From assembly GCA_041309225.1 (NCBI GenBank), contig JBFYZZ010000078.1:1-62731 (forward strand): a stretch of 62,731 nt of DNA. The letters run 5' to 3'. This DNA is from Deltaproteobacteria bacterium. Lineage in GTDB: Bacteria; Myxococcota_A; UBA796; JAFGLY01. A program made the position numbers and the translations under genes. Below the pieces are notes generated by a model. The model worked only from the letters and a program-made list of their open reading frames with translations, was not told where the DNA came from and ran no database searches. Shown here one piece after another: positions 1 to 9,073 of this stretch (within the stretch, counting starts at the first letter, position 1; each line of letters opens with the position of its first letter).

Positions 1-26
1 ACGCCGGATCCGGGCGCCGCCGCCGA

Positions 27-1541
27 CTACCGCGACGGCGAGGTGTGGTTCGTGAACCGTACGGCGTCCCAGGGGCCCGCACGGACGGACAGCACGCCGG
101 CCTTCTCGACGTCGGCCAGGGGCGAGAAGAACGCCTCCGCCTCTCCGTACACCTCGCCGTCCGCCCTCAGCAGATCCACCGGCACGGGCTCGCCGCTGGG
201 CTCGCCGACGAACGTGCGGTCCTGGCCCCAGACCATGGACCCGTCGGGGTGGATCCAGAGCGTGGACCAGGAACGGGGGGTACCACGCGCCATGGCCCCG
301 TTGACCATGGAGATCCGGCTGGCGAGGGCGTCGAAGGTGAATCCGCTCACCCAGTACGGCGAGCAGTACGACATGAAGTCGTAGAAGGCGTCGGGGCTCC
401 GCAGGGTGTCGTCGCGAAGGTCGTAGCCCACCACGTCGATCAGCCCGGAGGGGATGGGGTACGAGGGGTCGGCGCCGGCCGCCCCGCAGCCGGGGGAGTG
501 CAACCGGCCGTGAGCGTGGCCCACCTCGTGGACCATGGTCAGGTCGCTGCCCCCCTCGCCGGGGAACCCCAGCCCGATGGAGGAGCGGAAGTAGGGGTCG
601 GCCACGCTGGTGGCGAGGTTGGACATCCCGGCGATGCATCCACCGCCGCAGAAGCCCTGGAAGGTCTCGGCGGGCTCGAAGGCACCGTAGATGTACTGGT
701 CGTCGTCGGCCCGGTACTGGTCGCGGGCCTCGGCCACCTGCATGAGGAGGGTCGCCCACCCGACGGTGTCGTTGGCGCTCACGGAGGTCTGGGTGACCAG
801 GGGTTCGGCGGCCACCTCGATCTCCACGGCGGGGGTGGGGTAGTATGCCCACATCGACCGCTCGTAGATGCCGATCTGCGTGTCGGAGGTGTCCGGGAGG
901 CGTCCCGAGCCGTCGGCGTCGTACCGGATGGGGATGACGAGGATGCGGACCGACTCCCCGACGTCCACGGGGGAGAGGACGCCGAACTCGTCCTCGCCGG
1001 GGAAGAGGGAGATGCCGGCGAGGGCTTCGTGCCGTTCGTACTCGGGATCCTTCTCCACCACGCGGATCTGGTAGACCACGCCCTCGATGAACACGGACCC
1101 CGGGACCCGTACGTTGATGGAACTGGAGAGATCGTAGTCGGTGGAGCTGCCCTGGAGGAACGCATCGGCCTGGAAGGCCGCGAGCAGCTCGCCGCCCCGG
1201 TAGAGGTAGACCCGCCCGGTCACGTCCCGTGCGTCCCAGTCGTCGTGCGCGGTGAGCATGATCCGGAACTCGGCGTCGCGCTCGAGGATGATCGGCCAGT
1301 CGGGCGTGACGGCGATGCCCTGCCGGTAGAGCTGGTTCTCCACGCCCTGGTAGAGGTACACGCCGGAGACGTCGAGGCCTCGGGTGTACGGCCGCTCGTC
1401 CGCGAGGACGGCGATCGTCTGGCACATCGGCTCGTCGTGGATGCACTCGAACTCCACGAGCGGGGCCTCGCAGCCGGCGGCACCGGACAGGGCGAGCAGG
1501 GCCGGGACGAAGGGGACGGGGCGCAGACGGATTGGGGTCAA
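27..1541 (-). CDS. Secreted zinc metalloprotease lipoprotein (metzincin-type HEXXHXXGXXH)
   Basis: ORF 27..1601(-). Contains HEVGHAHGRLH and a Met-turn-like DFMSYC further on. N-terminus ...LRPVPFVPALLALSGAAGC is a lipoprotein signal with lipobox. Start placed at TTG 1541, 5 nt after a GGAGG; ATG 1574 and ATG 1601 are alternatives. Confidence 0.7.
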   Translation of the reverse strand: MTPIRLRPVPFVPALLALSGAAGCEAPLVEFECIHDEPMCQTIAVLADERPYTRGLDVSGVYLYQGVENQLYRQGIAVTPDWPIILERDAEFRIMLTAHDDWDARDVTGRVYLYRGGELLAAFQADAFLQGSSTDYDLSSSINVRVPGSVFIEGVVYQIRVVEKDPEYERHEALAGISLFPGEDEFGVLSPVDVGESVRILVIPIRYDADGSGRLPDTSDTQIGIYERSMWAYYPTPAVEIEVAAEPLVTQTSVSANDTVGWATLLMQVAEARDQYRADDDQYIYGAFEPAETFQGFCGGGCIAGMSNLATSVADPYFRSSIGLGFPGEGGSDLTMVHEVGHAHGRLHSPGCGAAGADPSYPIPSGLIDVVGYDLRDDTLRSPDAFYDFMSYCSPYWVSGFTFDALASRISMVNGAMARGTPRSWSTLWIHPDGSMVWGQDRTFVGEPSGEPVPVDLLRADGEVYGEAEAFFSPLADVEKAGVLSVRAGPWDAVRFTNHTSPSR

Positions 1542-1730
1542 CGAACCCTCCAAGGGTGCACAGGGCACCGGCATCCTAGACCGACGGCAGGGAGCCGGCA
1601 ACCGGTGGGCCCGTGACGGGCGGATCCTCCGGGCCCTGTCCGGGGCCGATCCAGGGCCACGCGACGGAGCCCCGGCGGGTCGTCAAGAGGTTGCAAGAGC
1701 CGTTCCAGCGCGAGGGATCGGACGTCGCAC

Positions 1731-2609
1731 CTACTCCACGATCCCCAGGAAGAGCGGTGCCGGGTTGGTACAGGTGGAGCAGCGCAGGGCGACGAGCCAG
1801 ATCCCCTCGGCGTCGAAGGATTCCCAGGCCTCGCCGCCCGGCGCCTCGAGCGTGGTCAGGTCCCAGGTCCCCTGGCCCTCCACGTCGGCGGACCAGGCCG
1901 GGTCGGCCAGGCGCTCCAGGTCGAAGAAGGCGTCCTCGAGCGCGGGGACGGCCTGGTCGTACCGGCCCACGAGGAGGCCGTCGATGTTGGCCAGGGGGAA
2001 CGGGTGTCCGAGCCCGTCGGTGGTGAGGCCGGTCCAGTCGAGCTCGCTGCCGCCCGCGGGGATCGGGTCGCCCGCGGCGAGGTCCACCTCGAAGGTCAGG
2101 TCGGCTGATCCGGCGTCGATCGCCACGTCCGCCGGGGCGGCCCCGGTCTCGGGGCAGAAGAAGGTGAGCATGCGGTAGGTGTAGAGGCCGGTCAGCACGC
2201 TGGCCAGGTAGGTGCCGCCGTCGTCCAGGACGTGCTTCTCGGGCACCAGGGGCGTGCCGAAGAAGTCGAACTGGCTCATCCGGGCGCCGGTCTCCCCCGA
2301 GGTCGGTTCGAAGGAGCCGGACAGGAAGATGTCGGCCATGTCGATGCTGTTGGTGGAGATGCGCTCCAGAACCTGCTCCCGGGTGAGGGCGGCGAACTTG
2401 ACGAGGCGCACCTCGCTCACCTCGGCCGTGGGGTCCATGGCATGGCCCTGGAGGTCGGTCGTCAGGCCCGACCAGTCCACGCGGCTGTCCTCTCCGGCCG
2501 GGACGGGCTGGCAGTCGGCGGTGAGCGAGGTGGTGAAGGCGTAGTTCTGGGCGTCCTCGAGCACGATCGTGCCGGGTCCGCAGGCCGCGAGGAGGAGGAG
2601 GGGGATCAC
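1731..2609 (-). CDS. Hypothetical lipoprotein with internal two-fold repeat (P-x-P-A-G...DW-[ST]-GLTTD-x-x-GH)
   Basis: C-terminal 292 codons of the artefactual 1631-aa ORF 1731..6626(-). GTG start at 2609 overlaps the upstream stop (GTGA). VIPLLLLAAC is a lipobox. The motif DWSGLTTDLQGH / DWTGLTTDGLGH occurs twice. Composition is coding-like (D/E/T/F-rich), unlike the Arg/Pro-rich upstream part of the same ORF. Confidence 0.65.
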   Translation of the reverse strand: MIPLLLLAACGPGTIVLEDAQNYAFTTSLTADCQPVPAGEDSRVDWSGLTTDLQGHAMDPTAEVSEVRLVKFAALTREQVLERISTNSIDMADIFLSGSFEPTSGETGARMSQFDFFGTPLVPEKHVLDDGGTYLASVLTGLYTYRMLTFFCPETGAAPADVAIDAGSADLTFEVDLAAGDPIPAGGSELDWTGLTTDGLGHPFPLANIDGLLVGRYDQAVPALEDAFFDLERLADPAWSADVEGQGTWDLTTLEAPGGEAWESFDAEGIWLVALRCSTCTNPAPLFLGIVE

Positions 2610-4318
2610 GGAACGCTCCAGGTGTCGGCGAAGAGGTCCAAGCCCACGGCGTGGAGGCCCTCCGGGCAGGCGCCGTCCTCCCCGCAGAGCGGTCCGCACG
2701 CCATGACGCCGGGTACGAGGGGTGGGAGACCCCAGGGAGACGGATCCAGCGCGACCAGGTCGCCGAGGTCGATCGTCACCATGCTGCCCGCGAGGCCCAG
2801 CACGGTCTCGACCAGGCCGGTCAGCCCGTCCACCACCTCCGCCTCGTCCCAGGCGACGGACGTGCCGTAGGCGAGGACCGCGCCCTCCGCCACGCGCGCG
2901 TCGAGGCTGAGCCGGGTGCCGTCCTGCACCACGAGACCGAACTCCACCGCCAGCGACGCCTCCAGCCAGTCGTCGCAGGCGGATCCATGGGCGACCCCCA
3001 CGTCGAGGACGAGGTCCGGCACGTAGAGGACGGCGATCGGATCGAGCCCCTCCTGCAGCCGGACCACGGACGCGGGGCCGGGATGGAGCGCGACGCACCA
3101 CCCGTCGCCCTCGGGGGCGTCCTCGCCGCCGGGCAGGGCCTCCACCCACGTGCCGGCCAGGTCGCCGAACAGGCCCCCGAGGTCGAGATCGAGCATGGGC
3201 ACGACCCGGTCGGAGAGCACGGTCTCGAGGACGTGCTCGTGGAGCCCCACGACCGCCTGGGCGCCGGGGGCGTCGCTCCGGCGGGGGAAGGGAACGTCGG
3301 GTGCGGCCTCGGGCGAACTGCCGCCGATCCCGGCCGCGAACCCGAGCGCGAGGCCCTCCCGATCGCCGTACAGCGAGCGGAGATCGAGCTCGAGCGGCGT
3401 GCCGAGGAGATCGGTCCGCAGGCCGAAGGGGCCGCCGAGATCGAGGGTGCCGAGCGCGTCCACGAGGACCCCCAGGAGGAGGTCCGCCAGCGGCTCGGAG
3501 ACCGAGGCGTCGATCGCCTCGAGGACCCACTCGAGGACGGTGCCGTCGAGCGGACCCACCGTGACGTCCGGATCCGCGAGGTGGACGGTGGGCTCGGCGA
3601 TCGCGAGGGCGACGCGACCGGCTGCGTCGAGGGAGGGGATGACCAGGGCATCGACGGCGACGGTGCCGTAGGCGAGCGAGATCGGCACGGTCACCGGGAT
3701 GCCGAACACGCTCAGGACGGCGTCGTAGGTGATGGTGAGGTCCCGGAGGCGGAGCGCGAGTGCGACGCCGGTGGGCGCCGGTGCCAGCGTGGACTCCGTG
3801 GCGGCGTGCGTGAGCCCGGCCGGGTCGAGCGCCAGCCAGCCCAGGTCCACGGAGGGGAGCGCGGCCGAGAGCGGCTCGGCCCAGCCCGAGGCGTCGAGGA
3901 GCGGGCCGACCGCCCCGCCCAGGACGGCGAGGCCCGCGGGCAGCACGCGGACCGGGATCCCCCCGGGCCAGGTCGAGGCCGGATCGCTGCCCCGGAAGAC
4001 CGGGATCCGCGCTCGGGCCCGCGCGTCGCCGCGGGCGGCCACGACGTCGAGGACGCACCAGGGACCGCCGAGGGGTACCTCGGCCCGGAAGGCGCCCCGC
4101 GTGTCGGGCCAGGCCGGGACACCCTCCACCGCGACGGCCGTGCCGGGCGGCCACACGCGCCCCGTGACCACGGCAGGCCCCTCGCCCAGGAAGGCGCCGT
4201 ACGCAGGGGTGTCCACCACGAGCGCGACGCGATCCGCGGCCGGGGCGTCCCCGGCATCCTCGCAGCCGGCAAGGTACCCGGAGAGGATGGCGAGGGGGGC
4301 GAGGAGGCGCACGGGCAC
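2606..4318 (-). CDS. Hypothetical lipoprotein (570 aa)
   Basis: ORF 2606..4318(-). N-terminus (GTG)PVRLLAPLAILSGYLAGCED is a lipobox signal. Stop overlaps the next gene's start. No recognisable catalytic motif. Confidence 0.65.
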   Translation of the reverse strand: MPVRLLAPLAILSGYLAGCEDAGDAPAADRVALVVDTPAYGAFLGEGPAVVTGRVWPPGTAVAVEGVPAWPDTRGAFRAEVPLGGPWCVLDVVAARGDARARARIPVFRGSDPASTWPGGIPVRVLPAGLAVLGGAVGPLLDASGWAEPLSAALPSVDLGWLALDPAGLTHAATESTLAPAPTGVALALRLRDLTITYDAVLSVFGIPVTVPISLAYGTVAVDALVIPSLDAAGRVALAIAEPTVHLADPDVTVGPLDGTVLEWVLEAIDASVSEPLADLLLGVLVDALGTLDLGGPFGLRTDLLGTPLELDLRSLYGDREGLALGFAAGIGGSSPEAAPDVPFPRRSDAPGAQAVVGLHEHVLETVLSDRVVPMLDLDLGGLFGDLAGTWVEALPGGEDAPEGDGWCVALHPGPASVVRLQEGLDPIAVLYVPDLVLDVGVAHGSACDDWLEASLAVEFGLVVQDGTRLSLDARVAEGAVLAYGTSVAWDEAEVVDGLTGLVETVLGLAGSMVTIDLGDLVALDPSPWGLPPLVPGVMACGPLCGEDGACPEGLHAVGLDLFADTWSVP

Positions 4319-4399
4319 CGGGGGGGGAGCGGCCCCCCCAGGATGCGCCGTTCTCCGCCCGGGGGCAAGGGGATCCCCACTCCCGGGTCGGGGCTCGGG

Positions 4400-7300
4400 C
4401 TACCGGGTCGTCCGGGCCGGCGGGCGCTCCGGCGGGGTGCGCGGCTCGGTCCGGATCCGCTCCAACACCACCTCCACGGCCTTCATGAGCTGGGTGTCGA
4501 TCCCCCGGGCGAAGTCGGCGGGGGTGAGATCCACCTCCACGTCGGGTGCGACGCCCTCGTTCTCGATGACCCAGCGCCCGTCCGTGGAGTACACGCGGTA
4601 GTCGGGGGCCGTGATGCCACCGCCGTCCACCAGGGGCGTGAACATGGAGACCCCGACGAGGCCTCCCCAGGTCCGGGTGCCCACCACCGGCCCCATGCCC
4701 TTCAGGCGGAACTCGGCGGGGAGCATGTCGCCGCCCGAGCCGGCCTGCCGGTTGGTGAGCAGGGCCATGTGCGCCATCGTGGCTACGAGCGGGGTCGCGT
4801 AGTCGTGGGAATGGCGGCGGGTCCACCAGAACAGGACGGGCCGGTCGAGCCGGTCCAGGAACACGTCCGGATCGAGGCCACCCGCGTTGAACCGACCGTC
4901 CACGACGAGCCCCTCCTTGCGCGTCTGCCCGTACCAGTACTGGGGGAACATCTCGGCGGCGCCGGTGAAGGTGTCGGGGAGGTGGAGGTACCCGACGCGG
5001 CCGCCGGAGGCGTCCTCCACGGCCTTCCGGTTGCGCTCGAGCCAGTCGAGGTACCGGAACCGTCGCTCGTCGCCCGTGGGGACCACCACCACGTCCCGCG
5101 GAGCGGCGCCGCGGTCGCCGGACGCGACCGTGAGCCGCACGGCCCGGTCGGCGAGCCCCTCGAACCAGGCGTAGGGCTCGCGGGCTGTGCTGATCTCCCG
5201 GCCGTCCACGGCCATGAGGAGGTCGCCCTCCCGGACGCCCAGGCCGGGCGCGGCCAACGGGGGCAGCCTGCCGCTCGTCCAGTCGGCGGCCCGGAGGATG
5301 CGGGCGATCCGCCAGCGGCCCGACGCCGGGTCGGCCACCAGGTCGGCGCCGAGCAGGCCCACGCCGAGGCGCTCGGCCTGGCGGCGCCGATCGCCGCCGT
5401 AGACGTAGGTGTGGGAGGTGGCCAACTCCCCGACGAGCTCGCCGATCACCCACCGCACCTCGGTGCGGCTCGCCGCAGCCTCGAGCAGCGGCGCGTAGCG
5501 CTCGCAGGTGGCGGCCCAGTCGAGGCCGTGCATGCCGGGGTCGTAGAAGAAGTCTCGCTCGATCCTGCATACCTCTCGAAAGATCTGCCGCCACTCCGCC
5601 CGGGGATCGAGGAGGATCGCAAGGCCGCGAAGGTCGAGGGGCTCGGCCTTGGCCTCGGTGGCCGAGGCGTCCGCGACTCCGACGTCCCTCCCCTTGCGCC
5701 AGGCGACCTTCCGTCCGTCCGCCGAGAGGGCGTAGTCCTCCACCTCCGCGAGCACGGTCCGGGTCTCGCGCTTCGTGAGGTCGAACGCCTCGAGCGTGCG
5801 GACGCCGGGCTCCCGGATGTCGAACCGGTTGAAGTCGCCTTCGTCCGCGTCGAGGAAGAACAAGCTCCCCCCGGCTACCGCGAGGTCGCGGTAGTTGCCG
5901 CGGGGCAGCGGCAGCGCCTCGACGCGGCCCTCGATGCCCGGGAGGTCCACAACCACGCGGGGCGCCTCGGCCTTCCGGGCGGTCTTCCCGGCCTCCGGCC
6001 CGCCCTTCCCGCCCTCCGCGGGGGACTCGGGGGCCTCGTCGCCGGTCCTGGGGGGGAGCAGCGGCGAGTCGTCGGCCCGGAGTGCGAGGGCGTACACCCC
6101 CGCCACCTTCTTGTAGACCAGTTCGAACTCCATGTCGGAGTAGGTCGGATCGAAGCGCCGGTTGGACACGAAGAACAGGCGTCGGCCGTCCTCCGAGAAG
6201 ACGGGGCCGAAGGCGTCCAGCGGCCCCGCGGTGACGGGCCGGGCCTCCCTCGTGTCGAAGCTGTGGATCCACACCCGGTTCACGAGGTCGTCGCCCATCT
6301 TCGTGTAGGCGAGGAAGCGGCCGTCGGGGGACCAGGCGTGGTCGAAGATCGGCTTCCCGTCGATCGCGAGGTCCATGGCCTCGTTCGTGGCCCGGTCGAC
6401 ACGGACGACCTGCCGGGTGGCCACGTCGAGCACGGACAGGGCGAGCGTCTGGTCGGTGAACGCGATCCGCTTCGAGTCCGGCGACCAACGGAGCGCGGTG
6501 CGGTAGCCCGGGCCCAGCCGGGTGACGGGCACGGGCGGCGTCTTCCCCGACGCGTCCCCGATCCAGATCTCGTACTCGCCGGTCTTGTCCGAGAGGAACG
6601 CGATTCGCGTGCCGTCGGGGGACCACGCCGCGTCCTTCTCCCGCGATCCCGGGTCGCGCGTGAGGTTGCGGGTGATGCCCTCCCTGGCCGGAACCGTGAA
6701 GACGTCGCCTCGGGCCACGACGACCACCCGGCCGCCGTCCGGGGAGAGCCCGATGCCGGTGATCCGGTCCCGCACGTCCTTGCGGTAGGGGCGGGTCTCG
6801 GTCGGATCAGCGCGGATCTCCAGCGGGATGGCCGACACCCGGCCCGAGGCCGGATCGAGCACCTCCAGGCGGCCGGCCTGATCCCACACGATCCGGTCGT
6901 CGCCGTCCGAGGGACGGCCGGCATCGATGTCGGTGAACCGCGTGTGCGGGGTGACGGCGCCCGTGGCGGGATCCATGGAGAACAGGTTGAGGACGCCCTC
7001 GGGATCGGCCTGGTAGTAGAGGCGATCCCCGATCCACATGGGAAAGCGCTCGGTGCCGCGGGCGTCCGTGAGGCGGCGGTCGTCGCCCGTGGCGACGTCG
7101 TACAGGTAGAGGTCCGGGGCCAGGCCCCCCCGGTAGCGCTTCCACGTACGGTCCTCGGTGGCCGTCCGCGTGTAGGCAATCCGCCGGCCGTCGGGGCTGT
7201 ACGCGCCCCAGCCGGCCTCGGGCAGCGGGACCGGCTCCAGGCCCGTGCCGTCGGGGTTCACGAGGTAGAGCCGGGTGAAGCGGCTCCAGGCGTCGCGCGC

Positions 7301-7687
7301 GGACCGGAACAGGATCTTGCCGCTCACCGGGTGCCAGCCGACCACCTCGTCGTCGCCCGGGTGCCAGGTCACCCGCCGGATGTCGCCGCCCTCGGGGTCC
7401 ATCGTGTACACGTCGGTGTTGCCGTCGTACTCCGCGGTGAAGGCGATCCAGGCGCAGTCGGGCGCGTATTTCGGGAACCGCTCGCTGCCCTCGTGCACCG
7501 TGACGCGCCGGGCCGTGCCGCCGGCGAGCGGCACCGTCCAGAGATCCTCGCCGGAGACGAAGACCACCTGGCCACCGCACAGGTCGGGCTGGAGCGCGAG
7601 GCGGCGGGGCGCGGGGGCCTCCCCCCGGGCGGGCAGGGCGGCCACCAGCGGCAGGGCGGCGAGGGCGAGGCGAGCGGCGATGCGCAT
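4400..7687 (-). CDS. Tricorn protease homologue (beta-propellers + PDZ + S41-type C-terminal peptidase), secreted
   Basis: ORF 4400..7735(-). Start placed at ATG 7687, preceded by GGGAGGAG, giving signal peptide MRIAARLALAALPLVAALPARGEA. N-terminal stretch ...VVFVSGEDLWTVPLAGGTARRVT...NTDVYTMDPEGGDIRRVTWHPG is typical of tricorn N-terminal propellers. C-terminal NRQAGSGGDMLP has a serine-nucleophile context. Confidence 0.85.
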   Translation of the reverse strand: MRIAARLALAALPLVAALPARGEAPAPRRLALQPDLCGGQVVFVSGEDLWTVPLAGGTARRVTVHEGSERFPKYAPDCAWIAFTAEYDGNTDVYTMDPEGGDIRRVTWHPGDDEVVGWHPVSGKILFRSARDAWSRFTRLYLVNPDGTGLEPVPLPEAGWGAYSPDGRRIAYTRTATEDRTWKRYRGGLAPDLYLYDVATGDDRRLTDARGTERFPMWIGDRLYYQADPEGVLNLFSMDPATGAVTPHTRFTDIDAGRPSDGDDRIVWDQAGRLEVLDPASGRVSAIPLEIRADPTETRPYRKDVRDRITGIGLSPDGGRVVVVARGDVFTVPAREGITRNLTRDPGSREKDAAWSPDGTRIAFLSDKTGEYEIWIGDASGKTPPVPVTRLGPGYRTALRWSPDSKRIAFTDQTLALSVLDVATRQVVRVDRATNEAMDLAIDGKPIFDHAWSPDGRFLAYTKMGDDLVNRVWIHSFDTREARPVTAGPLDAFGPVFSEDGRRLFFVSNRRFDPTYSDMEFELVYKKVAGVYALALRADDSPLLPPRTGDEAPESPAEGGKGGPEAGKTARKAEAPRVVVDLPGIEGRVEALPLPRGNYRDLAVAGGSLFFLDADEGDFNRFDIREPGVRTLEAFDLTKRETRTVLAEVEDYALSADGRKVAWRKGRDVGVADASATEAKAEPLDLRGLAILLDPRAEWRQIFREVCRIERDFFYDPGMHGLDWAATCERYAPLLEAAASRTEVRWVIGELVGELATSHTYVYGGDRRRQAERLGVGLLGADLVADPASGRWRIARILRAADWTSGRLPPLAAPGLGVREGDLLMAVDGREISTAREPYAWFEGLADRAVRLTVASGDRGAAPRDVVVVPTGDERRFRYLDWLERNRKAVEDASGGRVGYLHLPDTFTGAAEMFPQYWYGQTRKEGLVVDGRFNAGGLDPDVFLDRLDRPVLFWWTRRHSHDYATPLVATMAHMALLTNRQAGSGGDMLPAEFRLKGMGPVVGTRTWGGLVGVSMFTPLVDGGGITAPDYRVYSTDGRWVIENEGVAPDVEVDLTPADFARGIDTQLMKAVEVVLERIRTEPRTPPERPPARTTR

Positions 7688-7788
7688 GGGGCTCCTCCCG
7701 GGGGTGCGGCGCCGGGGTACCGCCGGCCGGCGCATGGGGCGGGGGGCCGGTCGGGGCAGGTTAGCATGGCACGGGGCCTGGAGGCGGC

Positions 7789-8418
7789 ATGCGGTGGATG
7801 GGCGTGGACGAGGCGGGCCGGGGATCGGTGCTGGGGCCCATGGCGGTGGGCGGCTTCTGCGTGGACGAGGCCCGGTACGCCGAGGTCGTGGCCACGGGCG
7901 TCACCGACTCGAAGGCGCTCTCCCCCCGCCGCCGGGAGGCCCTCGTCCCCGCGCTCGAGGCCCTCGGCGAGGCCCGGGTCCGGCTGGTGCCCGCCGAGGC
8001 GATCGACCGGGGCAACCTCAACGAGATCGAGCTGGACGTCATCGCGGACCTCGTCCGGACCCTGAAGCCCGACCGGATCTGGATCGACGCCCCGTGCCAC
8101 CCCGGGGGCATCCCGACCTGGATCCGGAGGCTCCGCGCCCGCCTCGACCACCGCCCCCAGATCGTGGTCGAACCCAGGGCCGACGCCACCTGGCCCCTGG
8201 TCGGCGCGGCCTCGGTGTGCGCCAAGGTGGCCCGGGACGCCGCCGTGGCGGCGCTGGGTCCGGTGGGGAGCGGCTATCCGTCCGACCCGGTCACCCGCGC
8301 CCTCCTCGCCGGCTTCCTCGCGCGAGGGGAGCCGCTGCCGCCCTGGGTGCGCTCTCGCTGGGGCACGCTCGCCGCACTGGGGGCGCGCTCGAACCTGCTG
8401 CCGGGGCGCGAGCGGTGA
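7789..8418 (+). CDS. rnhB: Ribonuclease HII
   Basis: ORF 7789..8418. N-terminal GVDEAGRGSVLGPMAV signature; length 209 aa. Confidence 0.85.
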   Translation: MRWMGVDEAGRGSVLGPMAVGGFCVDEARYAEVVATGVTDSKALSPRRREALVPALEALGEARVRLVPAEAIDRGNLNEIELDVIADLVRTLKPDRIWIDAPCHPGGIPTWIRRLRARLDHRPQIVVEPRADATWPLVGAASVCAKVARDAAVAALGPVGSGYPSDPVTRALLAGFLARGEPLPPWVRSRWGTLAALGARSNLLPGRER

Positions 8419-9053
8419 CCGATCCGCCCGGCGGCGGGGCCCGGGTGTGGGTCGACCTCACCCGCCCCCTCGGCCCGGCCACCCCCCGCTGGCTCGGGGA
8501 TCCGCCCGTCCGCCGGGTGACGGTCTCCCGCCTGGATCCGGCGGATCCCGCGTCCTTCGCACTCTCGCGGCTGTCGTTGTCCACCCATGCCGGCACCCAC
8601 GTGGACGCCCCCGCGCACGTGATCCCGGGCGGCGCCGACGCGGGCGACCTCGACCTCGGGGTCCTGTGCGGCCCCGCCCGTGTGCTCGACGTCCGCGGGC
8701 GGGGTCCCTGGCTCCGGGCTGCCGACCTCGACGCCGCGGCCGGGGCCATCCGCGTGCTCCTGCACACCGGCGGCGGTTCGGGGCTCACCCCCGACGCCGC
8801 CATGCTCCTCCTCGCCCTCGGGGTCCGCCTCGTGGGCATCGACGCCCTCTCGGTGGAGCCCGGGCCGCACCTGCCGGTGCATCGCCTCCTGCTCGGCGCC
8901 ACGCCCCCGGTGCTCCTCCTCGAGGGGCTGGACCTCGAGGCCGTCCCGGCCGGCGACGGGTACCTGGTCTGCCTCCCGCTCCGGCTGCCGGGCGCGGATG
9001 GCGCCCCATGCCGCGCCGTGTGGGAGGGGCCCTGTCCCACCCGGCCGGGGTAG
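8415..9053 (+). CDS. Cyclase-family metal hydrolase (kynurenine formamidase-like)
   Basis: C-terminal part of ORF 7275..9053. GTG 8415 overlaps the rnhB stop (GTGA). Family motif H-x-G-T-H-x-D-x-P-x-H is present as THAGTHVDAPAH. Confidence 0.75.
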   Translation: MTDPPGGGARVWVDLTRPLGPATPRWLGDPPVRRVTVSRLDPADPASFALSRLSLSTHAGTHVDAPAHVIPGGADAGDLDLGVLCGPARVLDVRGRGPWLRAADLDAAAGAIRVLLHTGGGSGLTPDAAMLLLALGVRLVGIDALSVEPGPHLPVHRLLLGATPPVLLLEGLDLEAVPAGDGYLVCLPLRLPGADGAPCRAVWEGPCPTRPG

Positions 9054-9073
9054 GTGGGGGGTCGGAGGTCGAC

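Noticed and set aside
2651-8065. 1804-aa plus-strand ORF, the longest in the track, and the 1631-aa minus-strand ORF 1731..6626
   Set aside because: Their composition is dominated by R/G/P/A/H runs with no motifs. They run antisense to, or out of frame with, the well-supported tricorn and lipoprotein genes. Such open frames are expected in GC3-saturated DNA. Only the last 292 codons of 1731..6626 look real.
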